Part shown: positions 38,994-47,897 of the stretch, piece by piece | How the letters are laid out: the number at the start of each line of letters is the position of its first letter | How positions within the stretch are numbered: the stretch's first letter is position 1 | Virus record (IMG/VR): IMGVR_UViG_3300021375_000010 | DNA: 64,000 nucleotides | Direction: 5' to 3' (one strand) | Origin: an uncultured virus (IMG/VR IMGVR_UViG_3300021375_000010) | Taxonomy: Duplodnaviria; Heunggongvirae; Uroviricota; Caudoviricetes | Position numbers and translations under genes: made by a program | Notes under the pieces: generated by a model | The model's database searches: none | Told to the model about the DNA's origin: nothing | The model's input: the letters and a program-made list of their open reading frames with translations, nothing else

Positions 38994-39655
38994 ACTACAC
39001 TAATACATCACACGATGTCGTGCAAGGGTTCCTCTCTATAGAGGAATCCGAACACATTGCTAGGGTACTTAAACGTTCAGAAAGAGACGTACTGAGACTA
39101 CCCAATCCCGAATGGAACGATTCCAATTACCCACCTTTAACAAAACAACACGTAGTCTATAATTGGTTAACCCATCCCGACATACGTCCGTTGAATATAC
39201 CACAACGCCTGCTCGGGCTAGACCTATTCAAAGATATAAACAATCTCACACTTCAATGTTGGGGTAACATATTAAGACAAGGTGAACACATCACTCCACA
39301 CCAACACCACGAAGAAGACAAAGAACCCCTATCCGACTTTCACAAAGATACCACACCACAGGAACGAGCCAAAACACAACTTGTCCCAATGGTCGCAACC
39401 AATATATTCCTAGACGGAGTAGAACCCTCATACACTCATTACGAAGATACCAAACAAACGCTCAATATTAAGGGAGACTTACACATAGTAGGTGCATACC
39501 ACAGACATGAAGTCAAGACCAACGTATACCGTACACCACGCTACTCGCTGGCCATGGATATCTATTTCAGAGATTACACCAAAGGATGGGATACGATAGA
39601 AAAAGGATTCAGTAATACTAAGAGGTTTGTTGACGTTTCCCGAAGTAACGTCTAA
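38981..39655 (+). CDS. 2OG-Fe(II) oxygenase-like protein
   Basis: WGNILRQGE.I.PHQH, H.V, PRYSLAMD. Confidence 0.7.
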   Translation: MVPVNYTNTSHDVVQGFLSIEESEHIARVLKRSERDVLRLPNPEWNDSNYPPLTKQHVVYNWLTHPDIRPLNIPQRLLGLDLFKDINNLTLQCWGNILRQGEHITPHQHHEEDKEPLSDFHKDTTPQERAKTQLVPMVATNIFLDGVEPSYTHYEDTKQTLNIKGDLHIVGAYHRHEVKTNVYRTPRYSLAMDIYFRDYTKGWDTIEKGFSNTKRFVDVSRSNV

Positions 39656-39848
39656 TCGTAAAGACACGTAGATACGCTACTATGGTCATGAACGCAGTAA
39701 TCGTTGTGCCGATAGTAAACGCAGAAGTCATCCCTATAACATCAATACAGATAAACAATCCGATTAGATTCAGAGGATAGTTAATCAATAGACCAGTAAA
39801 GACTGTAGTAAAGGTTTCTTTGTGATATCTTCGAGTTTCTTTGTTCAT
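39618..39848 (-). CDS. Small two-TM membrane protein (only credible minus-strand gene)
   Basis: Hydrophobic; ETFTTV..GLLIN...R.F.IRRYF pattern; minus-strand TATACT just upstream. Confidence 0.7.
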   Translation of the reverse strand: MNKETRRYHKETFTTVFTGLLINYPLNLIGLFICIDVIGMTSAFTIGTTITAFMTIVAYLRVFTIRRYFGKRQQTS

Positions 39849-40122
39849 ACCTTAGTATAACACGCTGAGATGCCTTTGTATAGTGGGTTTTGAATATAAT
39901 TGTTTAGAGCGGAATCAGAGTATGAATATAATGTGTGTAGTAGTGTGCAGAAGTGTGTAATTATATTCGTATTTGAGTACGATGGGAGAATGTGGAATAA
40001 AGTGGGTTTTGGTGGTGCTGTTCGGGGATACAAAACCTATTTTTAGCGGAGAGTCAAGCATGAGAGCATGTTGACAGCGACCCACAAACGTGATAAGGCA
40101 AGGCGCTCCCACGCAAAAAGAC

Positions 40123-40152
40123 TTGACAATGCCCCTCACTTTCCTCTATACT
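40123..40152 (+). promoter_or_regulatory. Early sigma70-type promoter
   Basis: TTGACA-ATGCCCCTCACTTTCCTC-TATACT. Confidence 0.8.
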
Positions 40153-40179
40153 GTATTCATCAACTACGGAGACACACAC

Positions 40180-40389
40180 ATGATTCAGTACATTGACATT
40201 AACACCTACCAAGGTTCTATCCCCCACCTACATGAGATGGTTGAATTCGAGGCGAACAGTGACCCTATCGAAGACGGTATTGTCCTCTATGGGTTTGATG
40301 AGGTTGGTATGGGTGGATTCAAAGACCCTCAACACGCCTTTGTTCCCTTCTTTATGTGTAACTTGGAAAGTGTAAACCCTTTCTTCTGA
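40180..40389 (+). CDS. Early hypothetical protein
   Basis: GGAG RBS after promoter. Confidence 0.65.
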   Translation: MIQYIDINTYQGSIPHLHEMVEFEANSDPIEDGIVLYGFDEVGMGGFKDPQHAFVPFFMCNLESVNPFF

Positions 40390-40485
40390 GATGCCTTGCC
40401 TATAAGGGTTTCAGAGGCGCCATATCTTATATGATAGGAATAAGTCATATAACGTAGAAAGTATATCAGATAAGATATATAAAAC

Positions 40486-40515
40486 TTGACAATGGCCATC
40501 ACTTTTTCGTATAAT
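40486..40515 (+). promoter_or_regulatory. Early sigma70-type promoter
   Basis: TTGACA-ATGGCCATCACTTTTTCG-TATAAT. Confidence 0.8.
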
Positions 40516-40521
40516 GGCTAC

Positions 40522-40620
40522 ATGATAAAGAAATTAAGAAATAACGGTCTGCTTGATGCGGACTTCCTTCAACCCCTACTATGTCTTATGGTATTAATCA
40601 TCCTAGGAGAAGTGTTATGA
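40522..40620 (+). CDS. Leaderless 32-aa membrane peptide
   Basis: MIKKLRNNGLLDADFLQPLLCLMVLIILGEVL; ATG 6 nt after -10. Confidence 0.45.
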   Translation: MIKKLRNNGLLDADFLQPLLCLMVLIILGEVL

Positions 40621-40847
40621 TAAAGAAAGATGGTCACGGACTCATCGGTACTCACATCGCAACAGGTATGGGAGTGGAGATTAATCTAACCAAACAGGAG
40701 ATGCTTCTTGCATCGGCACCTAAGAATATCAATGAGTCGTGGGAGAAAGCCATGGAGATGGTCAAAGCACGTCTCGGTATTGAGGTCATCGGTCAGATAG
40801 AAATTGAACAAATTGTCATAAATGGGGTTGCCAAGACCTTCCATTAA
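40617..40847 (+). CDS. Early hypothetical protein
   Basis: AGGAG RBS, ATGA coupling. Confidence 0.65.
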   Translation: MIKKDGHGLIGTHIATGMGVEINLTKQEMLLASAPKNINESWEKAMEMVKARLGIEVIGQIEIEQIVINGVAKTFH

Positions 40848-40862
40848 TGGTATAATTACTGT

Positions 40863-41230
40863 GTAACAGGGAAAAAAGAAGTTAATCTGAGAGTTATTCT
40901 TTTATTATGTACCTATGTGAAGTCTCAGAGGGTCATGTCCGAACATGCATAGCGGGATGAGAAGCCCGCTGCTCTACAACGCAATAGCTGTAGGGCTCTC
41001 AGAGCGCCTTAAATGGCGATAGGAGAAGTACATTCTGTGTGTCTCTGAGCGTCTGAGCTGCTCTCTAAGCGATTGCGTGTGTAGGGGACTATGAAACGCC
41101 TTAGTGGCGCTCACAGGCTAACGCAAAACAGTGCTGTGGGACTCCTAGAGAGATTCGAAGTCGGGTCATGCGCCCCACTAGATTTACTTTAAGGGTTTTA
41201 AAACACTTCAGAGAAAAAAATTCTCTGGCC
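40863..41230 (+). ncRNA. Candidate large structured ncRNA
   Basis: No ORF of 60 aa or more, ~53% GC by hand count over 40921-41180, about nine helices, promoter TTGCCA-17-TATAAT at 40828-40856. Confidence 0.6.
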
Positions 41231-41254
41231 AAAAATAAAGATTGAGAGGATTTT

Positions 41255-41749
41255 ATGAAAATTACTGGAACACACTTAGGACTTGCTATCCTTATTACCT
41301 ATTTTGTATTGCAATCTACACTAGTAGAAGCAAAAGACCAACTCCGACCCGATGATAATAGATTCGGAGACGTGAGAATACAGGAGAATGTCTATCAAGG
41401 GACTGTTGTCTCTGTATATTCTGTTGTGATTAAGAAAGATGAAGAGGGATATTCTCTCTATGGTGGTCTCATAGGCGGTTATCTAGCACGTGAGAGTATG
41501 AAAGGTAAGGGTGAGTCAGAGGAAGTCCTTGGTACACTCGCAGGCGGACTCGTAGGGTCTAAGATTGGACGTGAGGTGAATAAATCTCGCAATACCGTGG
41601 ATGGTGTACAGTTAATTGTTGACGTGCCAGGCATCGGTGTTAAGTCTATTATACAGCAGAAGACATCTGCATTTAATTTTAGTAGTGGTGATACAGTTTA
41701 TCTTGTCGGCACTCGAAATAATCTACGTGTATTGAAAAAAAACCCCTAG
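41255..41749 (+). CDS. Glycine-zipper outer-membrane protein (SlyB-like)
   Basis: Signal peptide, GGLIGG...GTLAGGLVGSKIG, F..GD.V. Confidence 0.75.
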   Translation: MKITGTHLGLAILITYFVLQSTLVEAKDQLRPDDNRFGDVRIQENVYQGTVVSVYSVVIKKDEEGYSLYGGLIGGYLARESMKGKGESEEVLGTLAGGLVGSKIGREVNKSRNTVDGVQLIVDVPGIGVKSIIQQKTSAFNFSSGDTVYLVGTRNNLRVLKKNP

Positions 41750-41865
41750 ACGTAGTAGGGTATACCATGTATAATGGTATTATATTAACCGAAACTGGTT
41801 TTATTACACTGGTGACTCATAAGGCACCTTCACAATAAATCAGATTCACATTTAAGGAGACGAAT

Positions 41866-43350
41866 ATGTCTTATATTAGTACAAGTGATGGTCTCGATAC
41901 TTTAAAATCGACCTTGGAATCCCTAAACCAACAAAAAGAGGGGAGTGCCTTTTCTGCAAAAGGCGAAATAGAGGTTTCGTTTGGTTTTACCTACGTCAGT
42001 TCTCTGTTTGTTTTAGGTAACCGTTCCTATCAGAGGGAAAGGGTTGCAACAATACCCTTCAAGCAGGGTATACTCCAAACTGTTTTAGAGGATTCCTTTA
42101 AGAGGATTCCTCAAATACACATTCTTGTCAAGTTTGATGAGGATGGTAAGGTCATCGCACTTGAATTGATGGATGGCCAACAGCGTTTCTCCAGTCTACT
42201 AGACTTTTCCAATAACGAATTCCCACTTGCACCGAATTTAACAATCAATGGTGTGAAGTTGGGTGGTCTATACTTTAATCAGTTAGACGTTGACATGCAA
42301 CAGTTCATATTAAACCACTCAGTTGACGCTGTGTGGTATATGAATCTCAAGAAAGAGCAAATCTCAGAGATGTTTGTTGATGTATTGAACAATACAAACG
42401 ATATGAAACCACAAGAGAAGCGTAATGCATACCTAGGTGAGTTCCCCGAGTACGTAAGGGATACCTCTAGGACTACGCCTAAGGGGTTGCCACAGACGTT
42501 CAAGTTTAATCCCTTGTTCACACGTGCAATCGACTCTAAAGGTAAGGAGACGTTATCTCATTTCTCCAAGAACTTTAAACTCAATGCAAGAATGGAAGTA
42601 GACCAGTGGGTCTCGCAACTTGCATACCTATCTTATTCGTCACATGACTGGACGGATGGCATCTCGCAACAAGCACACTCTAAGTGGGTCAAAGAAGTGA
42701 CTACGGGTACGGGTGCTTATGCGGAGAAGTTTACGGATAAGAAGTTCATGGACAAGTTATTGTCTGTTACCAAGGAACTGGTACAGAGTGTACCCAGTGC
42801 AAAGAAAAATCGTTTGACTGCAATGTTTACTCACATGATGGCGTTGTATTACATGGACATTACTGGGAGATTAAATTCAAAGGCAAGTGTCACCAAGTCC
42901 GTCTTTGCAAATAAGTTTATTAGTGTCATGGAAGAATGGAGTGACAAAGACAAAGCACTCTTCAGAGACGAAACGACCTACAACGGCAATCCTATGCCAC
43001 CGGCACTGGAACTCTTTGGTGGTTACAACAAGAATGCAATCATGACGATTAAATCTATTCTTGATAAGTCCGACCCTGTTGAGTATGGGGTGACCTTTAC
43101 CGATGATGCTTCTTTTCCAAAGGAGTGGATAATCAAGAAACTAGAGGAACAGGGTGGTGTTGATTATTACACGGGTCTGCCTCTTGACATAGATAATGCA
43201 GAGGGTGACCACTATGTTGCAAAGTCGCAAGGTGGTAAGACTGAATACTCTAACCTTGTAGTGTGTTCCCGAAGTGTTAACAGACAAAAATCAAACATGA
43301 GTGCAAAAGCATTCCTCGAATATTGCGAACAATTTAAACTGGAGAAGTAA
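41866..43350 (+). CDS. DUF262 + HNH protein (GmrSD-like)
   Basis: YQRE, MDGQQR, F..LN; C-terminal GDH....GG.T...NL..C...N..K. Confidence 0.8.
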   Translation: MSYISTSDGLDTLKSTLESLNQQKEGSAFSAKGEIEVSFGFTYVSSLFVLGNRSYQRERVATIPFKQGILQTVLEDSFKRIPQIHILVKFDEDGKVIALELMDGQQRFSSLLDFSNNEFPLAPNLTINGVKLGGLYFNQLDVDMQQFILNHSVDAVWYMNLKKEQISEMFVDVLNNTNDMKPQEKRNAYLGEFPEYVRDTSRTTPKGLPQTFKFNPLFTRAIDSKGKETLSHFSKNFKLNARMEVDQWVSQLAYLSYSSHDWTDGISQQAHSKWVKEVTTGTGAYAEKFTDKKFMDKLLSVTKELVQSVPSAKKNRLTAMFTHMMALYYMDITGRLNSKASVTKSVFANKFISVMEEWSDKDKALFRDETTYNGNPMPPALELFGGYNKNAIMTIKSILDKSDPVEYGVTFTDDASFPKEWIIKKLEEQGGVDYYTGLPLDIDNAEGDHYVAKSQGGKTEYSNLVVCSRSVNRQKSNMSAKAFLEYCEQFKLEK

Positions 43351-43352
43351 TT

Positions 43353-43721
43353 ATGGAAGTTATGACCTACACCAAGAAAGCAACACTCGAACGTCTTGAA
43401 CGACAATCCGCTGGAGAGACAATTGAAAAACTTGTCAATAAAATTAAAAACTGGCACTACGATAGAAACCTTATTGATGGTGCTACGGATAAAGACCAAG
43501 TGTGTAAACTCATTCAAGAGGTGGGTGAACTATCTGATAACGTTTGTAAAGAACGTGACGTTGCAGATGACATTGGTGACATCATGGTAGTGTTAATTAA
43601 TATTGCCGAACGTAATGGGTTATCTTTACGTCATTGTCTTGAAGTTGCATACTCTGATATTAAAGACCGTAAAGGTAAAATGATTGATGGTATTTTTGTA
43701 AAAGAGTCAGATGCAGAATAG
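43353..43721 (+). CDS. mazG: MazG-like nucleotide pyrophosphohydrolase
   Basis: KLIQEVGEL, DDIGDI, AYSDIKDRKG...DGIFVKE. Confidence 0.88.
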   Translation: MEVMTYTKKATLERLERQSAGETIEKLVNKIKNWHYDRNLIDGATDKDQVCKLIQEVGELSDNVCKERDVADDIGDIMVVLINIAERNGLSLRHCLEVAYSDIKDRKGKMIDGIFVKESDAE

Positions 43722-44250
43722 TAATTTAACAAGTCAACGTTGGAATCCGCCTGCTGATTGGATTAGTGAGGCGGGTTTTAATACCCACTGGTTTGGTTTA
43801 ATTGATTTAATTATTTCACTTAAACATCAAGGTGTACAGAATGCATCTATGATTGAGATAGGAACTAACCGTGGTGAGAGTACAGCACTCTTTGCCATGA
43901 GTGGTTTATTTAAACAGATAACAACAATCGATATTGCATTTAAACAACGTGCATACGATACAAATATTTTTAATAATATTAAATACTTAACGGGTGACAG
44001 TAAAACCGTACATAGTATTTTTTATAATAATTCAATAGATTTTATTTATATTGATGGTGACCATTCTTACGAAGGTGTTAAAGCAGATATAAATAATTAC
44101 TTTAACAAACTTAAAAAAGATACTACATCTTTTATTGGTGGTCATGATTATACAAATGAATGGCCTGGCGTTGTCTCCGCTGTTGACGAGACGTTTCCCG
44201 AAAAGACGAAGCAGAAATTTAGTGACGGTTCTTTTCTTATTAAAATATAA
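43711..44250 (+). CDS. Class I SAM methyltransferase (Methyltransf_24-like)
   Basis: IEIGT..GES, DFIYIDGDHSYEGV..D, GGHDY...WPGV. Confidence 0.85.
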   Translation: MQNSNLTSQRWNPPADWISEAGFNTHWFGLIDLIISLKHQGVQNASMIEIGTNRGESTALFAMSGLFKQITTIDIAFKQRAYDTNIFNNIKYLTGDSKTVHSIFYNNSIDFIYIDGDHSYEGVKADINNYFNKLKKDTTSFIGGHDYTNEWPGVVSAVDETFPEKTKQKFSDGSFLIKI

Positions 44251-44263
44251 CTAGGAGAATATT

Positions 44264-45031
44264 ATGAGATTTAATATACCAAACCCTAACGTTGTATCTA
44301 TTGGAGGTTCACAAAATGAAGAACCGCAATCGACACAATATCAAGAACCCAAGATTGTTAATGAAGTTGAGTCAACTAGACAAGTGGCAGAAGAAGAAAG
44401 ACCAAATCAACCACCCGCCAGAGTTAGAGATATCGAAATCATTAATAATGTTTTTTCGCCAGAGTGGTGTGATGAACTTGTTTCGTACATGGAGAAGCAT
44501 CCATCAATCGGACAAGGAAGTGTCGGATACCAACAAGGAGAAGAAGAACGAGGACGTATCAACGAAGAAATAAGAAACTGTACAACTGGTTGGTTGGATG
44601 TATCATGTGATTATTCTAATCAAATGTTTAATGAAGTGTTACACCAAATGAAAATGACAAACATGTATACCTTTGGATTTGATTTGGAAAACATTGAAAT
44701 ACCACAGTACACTCGTTACGATTATGTCGAAGGTGGTGCTGACCAACACTATAACTGGCACATTGATTCATACCTAGGTGGTATGGGTACACGTCATGAC
44801 CGCAAACTGAGTGCAAGTATTCAGTTAACAGACCCTAGTGAATATGAAGGTGGGGACTTGTTAGTTGGTGATGATGCTCGTATGGTAGAAGACCCACACA
44901 TGGCAGAGGCAATGAGACAAAAGGGAACAGTAATATTCTTCCCATCATTCCTTAGACATTGTGTTACACCTGTTACTAGAGGTTCACGTAGTTCCCTAGT
45001 AGTATGGGGTGTTGGCCCAGACTGGAGATAA
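44264..45031 (+). CDS. PKHD-type 2OG-Fe(II) hydroxylase
   Basis: YNWHID, RKLS, YEGGDL, FPSFLRHCVTPVTRG.R.SLV.W. Confidence 0.9.
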   Translation: MRFNIPNPNVVSIGGSQNEEPQSTQYQEPKIVNEVESTRQVAEEERPNQPPARVRDIEIINNVFSPEWCDELVSYMEKHPSIGQGSVGYQQGEEERGRINEEIRNCTTGWLDVSCDYSNQMFNEVLHQMKMTNMYTFGFDLENIEIPQYTRYDYVEGGADQHYNWHIDSYLGGMGTRHDRKLSASIQLTDPSEYEGGDLLVGDDARMVEDPHMAEAMRQKGTVIFFPSFLRHCVTPVTRGSRSSLVVWGVGPDWR

Positions 45032-45035
45032 GATA

Positions 45036-45332
45036 ATGGTTGAATTCAACGAAGAAGAACTTCAGAATTCAAAACGAATATTTAAAAGTGCAACCCCTAA
45101 GTATACCATTGATTGGTATGTGAAGTGGGTTGCATCTGCTTTTGTATTAGTTGCAATGTCAATCCGTGGAATACCCGAATTACAAATGTATGATTTGAGT
45201 CTTTCCATTGTTGGTATTTTTCTATGGTTAATAGTGTCAGTGCTTTGGAAAGATAGGGCATTGATTTTATTAAATGGAGTGGGCCTTTTGTTCCTTATAA
45301 ATAATCTAACAAGAGCAATGCTAGGACTTTAA
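45036..45332 (+). CDS. Small membrane protein (DUF6552-like)
   Basis: WYVKWVAS, WKDRALILLN, three TM segments. Confidence 0.7.
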   Translation: MVEFNEEELQNSKRIFKSATPKYTIDWYVKWVASAFVLVAMSIRGIPELQMYDLSLSIVGIFLWLIVSVLWKDRALILLNGVGLLFLINNLTRAMLGL

Positions 45333-45334
45333 TT

Positions 45335-45463
45335 ATGGAACTATTGACAACTATCTTTACACTACCATGGACAATCATGTCTGTGTTAGTTAATCTCTTT
45401 GTATGGTCATCCATCGTAATACTCGCTGGTAGACATATCGAAGAATTCTTTAAGGAGAAATAA
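45335..45463 (+). CDS. Small membrane peptide (42 aa)
   Basis: Hand-translated, AGGA RBS. Confidence 0.5.
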   Translation: MELLTTIFTLPWTIMSVLVNLFVWSSIVILAGRHIEEFFKEK

Positions 45464-45464
45464 A

Positions 45465-45638
45465 ATGGGAACAGAATTAATACTTGTACACATAGTGTTT
45501 ATTGCATCATGTGTGTTTTTCAGTTACAAAAGTGGCGAACACAGTGGTAGACAAAAAATGTTACAAGACTTACTAGACTCGGAAGTTTTAACAATTGAAA
45601 GTTTAGAAGCACTATACGGAAGTGAACTAGACAAATAA
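45465..45638 (+). CDS. Small membrane-anchored protein (57 aa)
   Basis: Hand-translated, AGGAG RBS. Confidence 0.55.
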   Translation: MGTELILVHIVFIASCVFFSYKSGEHSGRQKMLQDLLDSEVLTIESLEALYGSELDK

Positions 45639-45652
45639 CAACAGGATTAATA

Positions 45653-46936
45653 ATGAAAAAAATACTTGGAATTAATATTTCACACGATGCCGCTGTTGGT
45701 ACCGTGGAAGGGCCTAAGGTAACTGGTTCGTTTGATGAGGCAAGATACCGCAGAGATAAGTACTGGTGTCCCGATTTCGACCCCGACAATGATGAGACGT
45801 GTCTGTACGATAGTATAGATGTTCGTGCTGGAGATGTCCATGACTGGGATGAAATTATATTCGCCTCTTTTGATAGACGACAGTGTACTGTTACAATCAC
45901 CCCCGATAAAAAACACCCTTCCGGCAAACACTCTATTCAATTAGATAGATTGAAGACAAGAGAATTTTTGCAAGACTTACAAAATTCCCCATTGGGTACA
46001 TCACGTCTAGAAGAGTTGCAAGAGAAGTGGGGTAAAAAAGCAATTGACTTTAGACATGAAAACGAAAATGCAGATGATGATGTCATAGACCAAATTCGTG
46101 GACATCAACTTGATAATCGTGCTTGTTACTTTGTAAGAGAACATCATCATCTATATCATGCATATAATGGATATGCTCTTTCACCTTTCTTTGACAAAGG
46201 TAAAGGTGCTATCACTATAGTTTGGGATGGCGGTGGTGGTCAACCATTGTATTCTGAATATCCAGGCTATCAAGAAATCGAATCAATTTATTATAGTGAC
46301 CCATCAAGAATGGGTGAACTTAAATGGCAGAAATTATCTAACATTAGAATGATGGATGATTTGCAAACACACTATTTCCCAAACGAGATGTCACAGTCTA
46401 CTTGGACTATAGAAGATAAGACAATCAATAAGAAGGATGATAATTTAAATTCATCTGCAGTAGAGTATGTTCTCACATCTAAACCATCTAGTGGTATGAA
46501 CTTTAGTAATATCAGTGCCGCTCTTGGAACAGATGAAGAAGGACGTGCTGCTGGTAAAGTTATGGGTATGGCATCGTACTCACCAACAGATGCTACGTTT
46601 AACGTACACAACAAATATTCAGTTGCACAACTAGTTGAACAGACTTCGTTTACGGAGTCATGTAAACTAATTGACAAAGCAATAGAGATGTTCCCAAAGT
46701 GTAAGAACATAGTGTTAAGTGGTGGGTATTCTTTAAACTGTACAAACAATTACAAGTACTTAGAAAAGTATCCCGACTATCAAATCTTTGTCGACCCTAT
46801 CCCACATGATGGTGGTACAGCAACAGGTGCTGCTCTGTGGTTAGAAGAACACTTGAGACACGAGAAGTTAGGATTAGTAACAAATGACGGATTGGGCGAT
46901 GCTACTGCCGAATTAGAAACAGTAATAGAGGATTAA
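45653..46936 (+). CDS. Carbamoyltransferase N-terminal (Kae1-like) subunit, CmcH/NodU family
   Basis: ILGINISHDAA, HHLYHA, DGGG, GKVMGMASY, LSGGYSLNC..N, DGGTATGAA. Confidence 0.88.
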   Translation: MKKILGINISHDAAVGTVEGPKVTGSFDEARYRRDKYWCPDFDPDNDETCLYDSIDVRAGDVHDWDEIIFASFDRRQCTVTITPDKKHPSGKHSIQLDRLKTREFLQDLQNSPLGTSRLEELQEKWGKKAIDFRHENENADDDVIDQIRGHQLDNRACYFVREHHHLYHAYNGYALSPFFDKGKGAITIVWDGGGGQPLYSEYPGYQEIESIYYSDPSRMGELKWQKLSNIRMMDDLQTHYFPNEMSQSTWTIEDKTINKKDDNLNSSAVEYVLTSKPSSGMNFSNISAALGTDEEGRAAGKVMGMASYSPTDATFNVHNKYSVAQLVEQTSFTESCKLIDKAIEMFPKCKNIVLSGGYSLNCTNNYKYLEKYPDYQIFVDPIPHDGGTATGAALWLEEHLRHEKLGLVTNDGLGDATAELETVIED

Positions 46937-46938
46937 TT

Positions 46939-47562
46939 ATGAAGACAGCAATTATTAGAGATTTAGATGAGGTCATCGACCTTATAGTCGGCAAGGCACA
47001 AATTGTCGCCATCTTCCAAGGTGAATCAGAATGGGGCCCACGTGCTCTAGGCAACAGGTCTATTCTATTTGACCCTAGACATCCCGAAGCAAAACAAATC
47101 GTCAACAACGTCAAGAGGCGTGAGTACTATCGACCTTTCGCTGGAAGCATCATGTTAGAACATGCTGAAGAGTATTTTGAGATGTTGCAATTACAGGAAT
47201 CCCCATGGATGTCATTCGCTATCAAAGCAAAAGACAAAGCATACAAAGACATTCCAACACTAGTACATGCAGATGGTACATGTAGAATTCAAACTGTTAC
47301 ACGTGAACAGAACAAGAACTACTATGACCTTATTGAGAAGATGTATGAAGCGACTGGTGTACCAATTATCTTTAACACTTCATTTAACTTAGGTGGTGAA
47401 CCATTAGTTGAAACTATTGAGGATGCAATCAATACTTGTAACAAGTCAGAGATTAATTTCTTATACGTTCCCGAAGACCAAGACATTCATATTCCTTATG
47501 AATCATTACATCATAAAAACATGAGTGAAATTATTAAGGCGAATAAGAGCGAGATAGCCTAA
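46939..47562 (+). CDS. Carbamoyltransferase C-terminal (YrdC-like) subunit
   Basis: EWGPRALGNRS, VKRRE.YRPFA, HADGTCRIQT, NTSFN..GEP. Confidence 0.92.
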   Translation: MKTAIIRDLDEVIDLIVGKAQIVAIFQGESEWGPRALGNRSILFDPRHPEAKQIVNNVKRREYYRPFAGSIMLEHAEEYFEMLQLQESPWMSFAIKAKDKAYKDIPTLVHADGTCRIQTVTREQNKNYYDLIEKMYEATGVPIIFNTSFNLGGEPLVETIEDAINTCNKSEINFLYVPEDQDIHIPYESLHHKNMSEIIKANKSEIA

Positions 47563-47570
47563 ATATTTTA

Positions 47571-47897
47571 ATGATTGAAGTAACGGATATTGCCATACAA
47601 AAACTTATCGAGAAACAAGTTGACAAAGTTAGACTCGGAGTTACTGGCGGTGGATGTAGCGGATACGAATATGTCTTTATCAGAGACGAATATAAAGACG
47701 GTGACCTAGAAATAGATTACGGTAAGTTTAAATTTTTGATAGATACAATGAGTCAACCATTTTTAAATGGAATGACATTAGATTATGAAAAACAAGGATT
47801 GAATGAAACGTTTACGTTTCAGAATCCAAATGAACAAGCCAGTTGTGGTTGTGGAGTGAGTATTACATTTAATGAAGACATCATCAGCAAAAGCTAA
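47571..47897 (+). CDS. iscA: Fe-S cluster assembly A-type carrier (IscA/HesB)
   Basis: GGGCSG, NPN...CGCG.S; CCTAAATA box 5 nt upstream. Confidence 0.92.
   Translation: MIEVTDIAIQKLIEKQVDKVRLGVTGGGCSGYEYVFIRDEYKDGDLEIDYGKFKFLIDTMSQPFLNGMTLDYEKQGLNETFTFQNPNEQASCGCGVSITFNEDIISKS

Noticed and set aside
40863..41230. tmRNA, RNase P RNA, group I intron or CRISPR array as identity of the structured element
   Set aside because: No tRNA-like ends with CCA, no GAGGAAAGUCC, no flanking split exon, no regularly spaced repeats
46930..46945. Frameshifted carbamoyltransferase pseudogene
   Set aside because: Break falls at the domain boundary with its own RBS and start; both halves keep catalytic motifs
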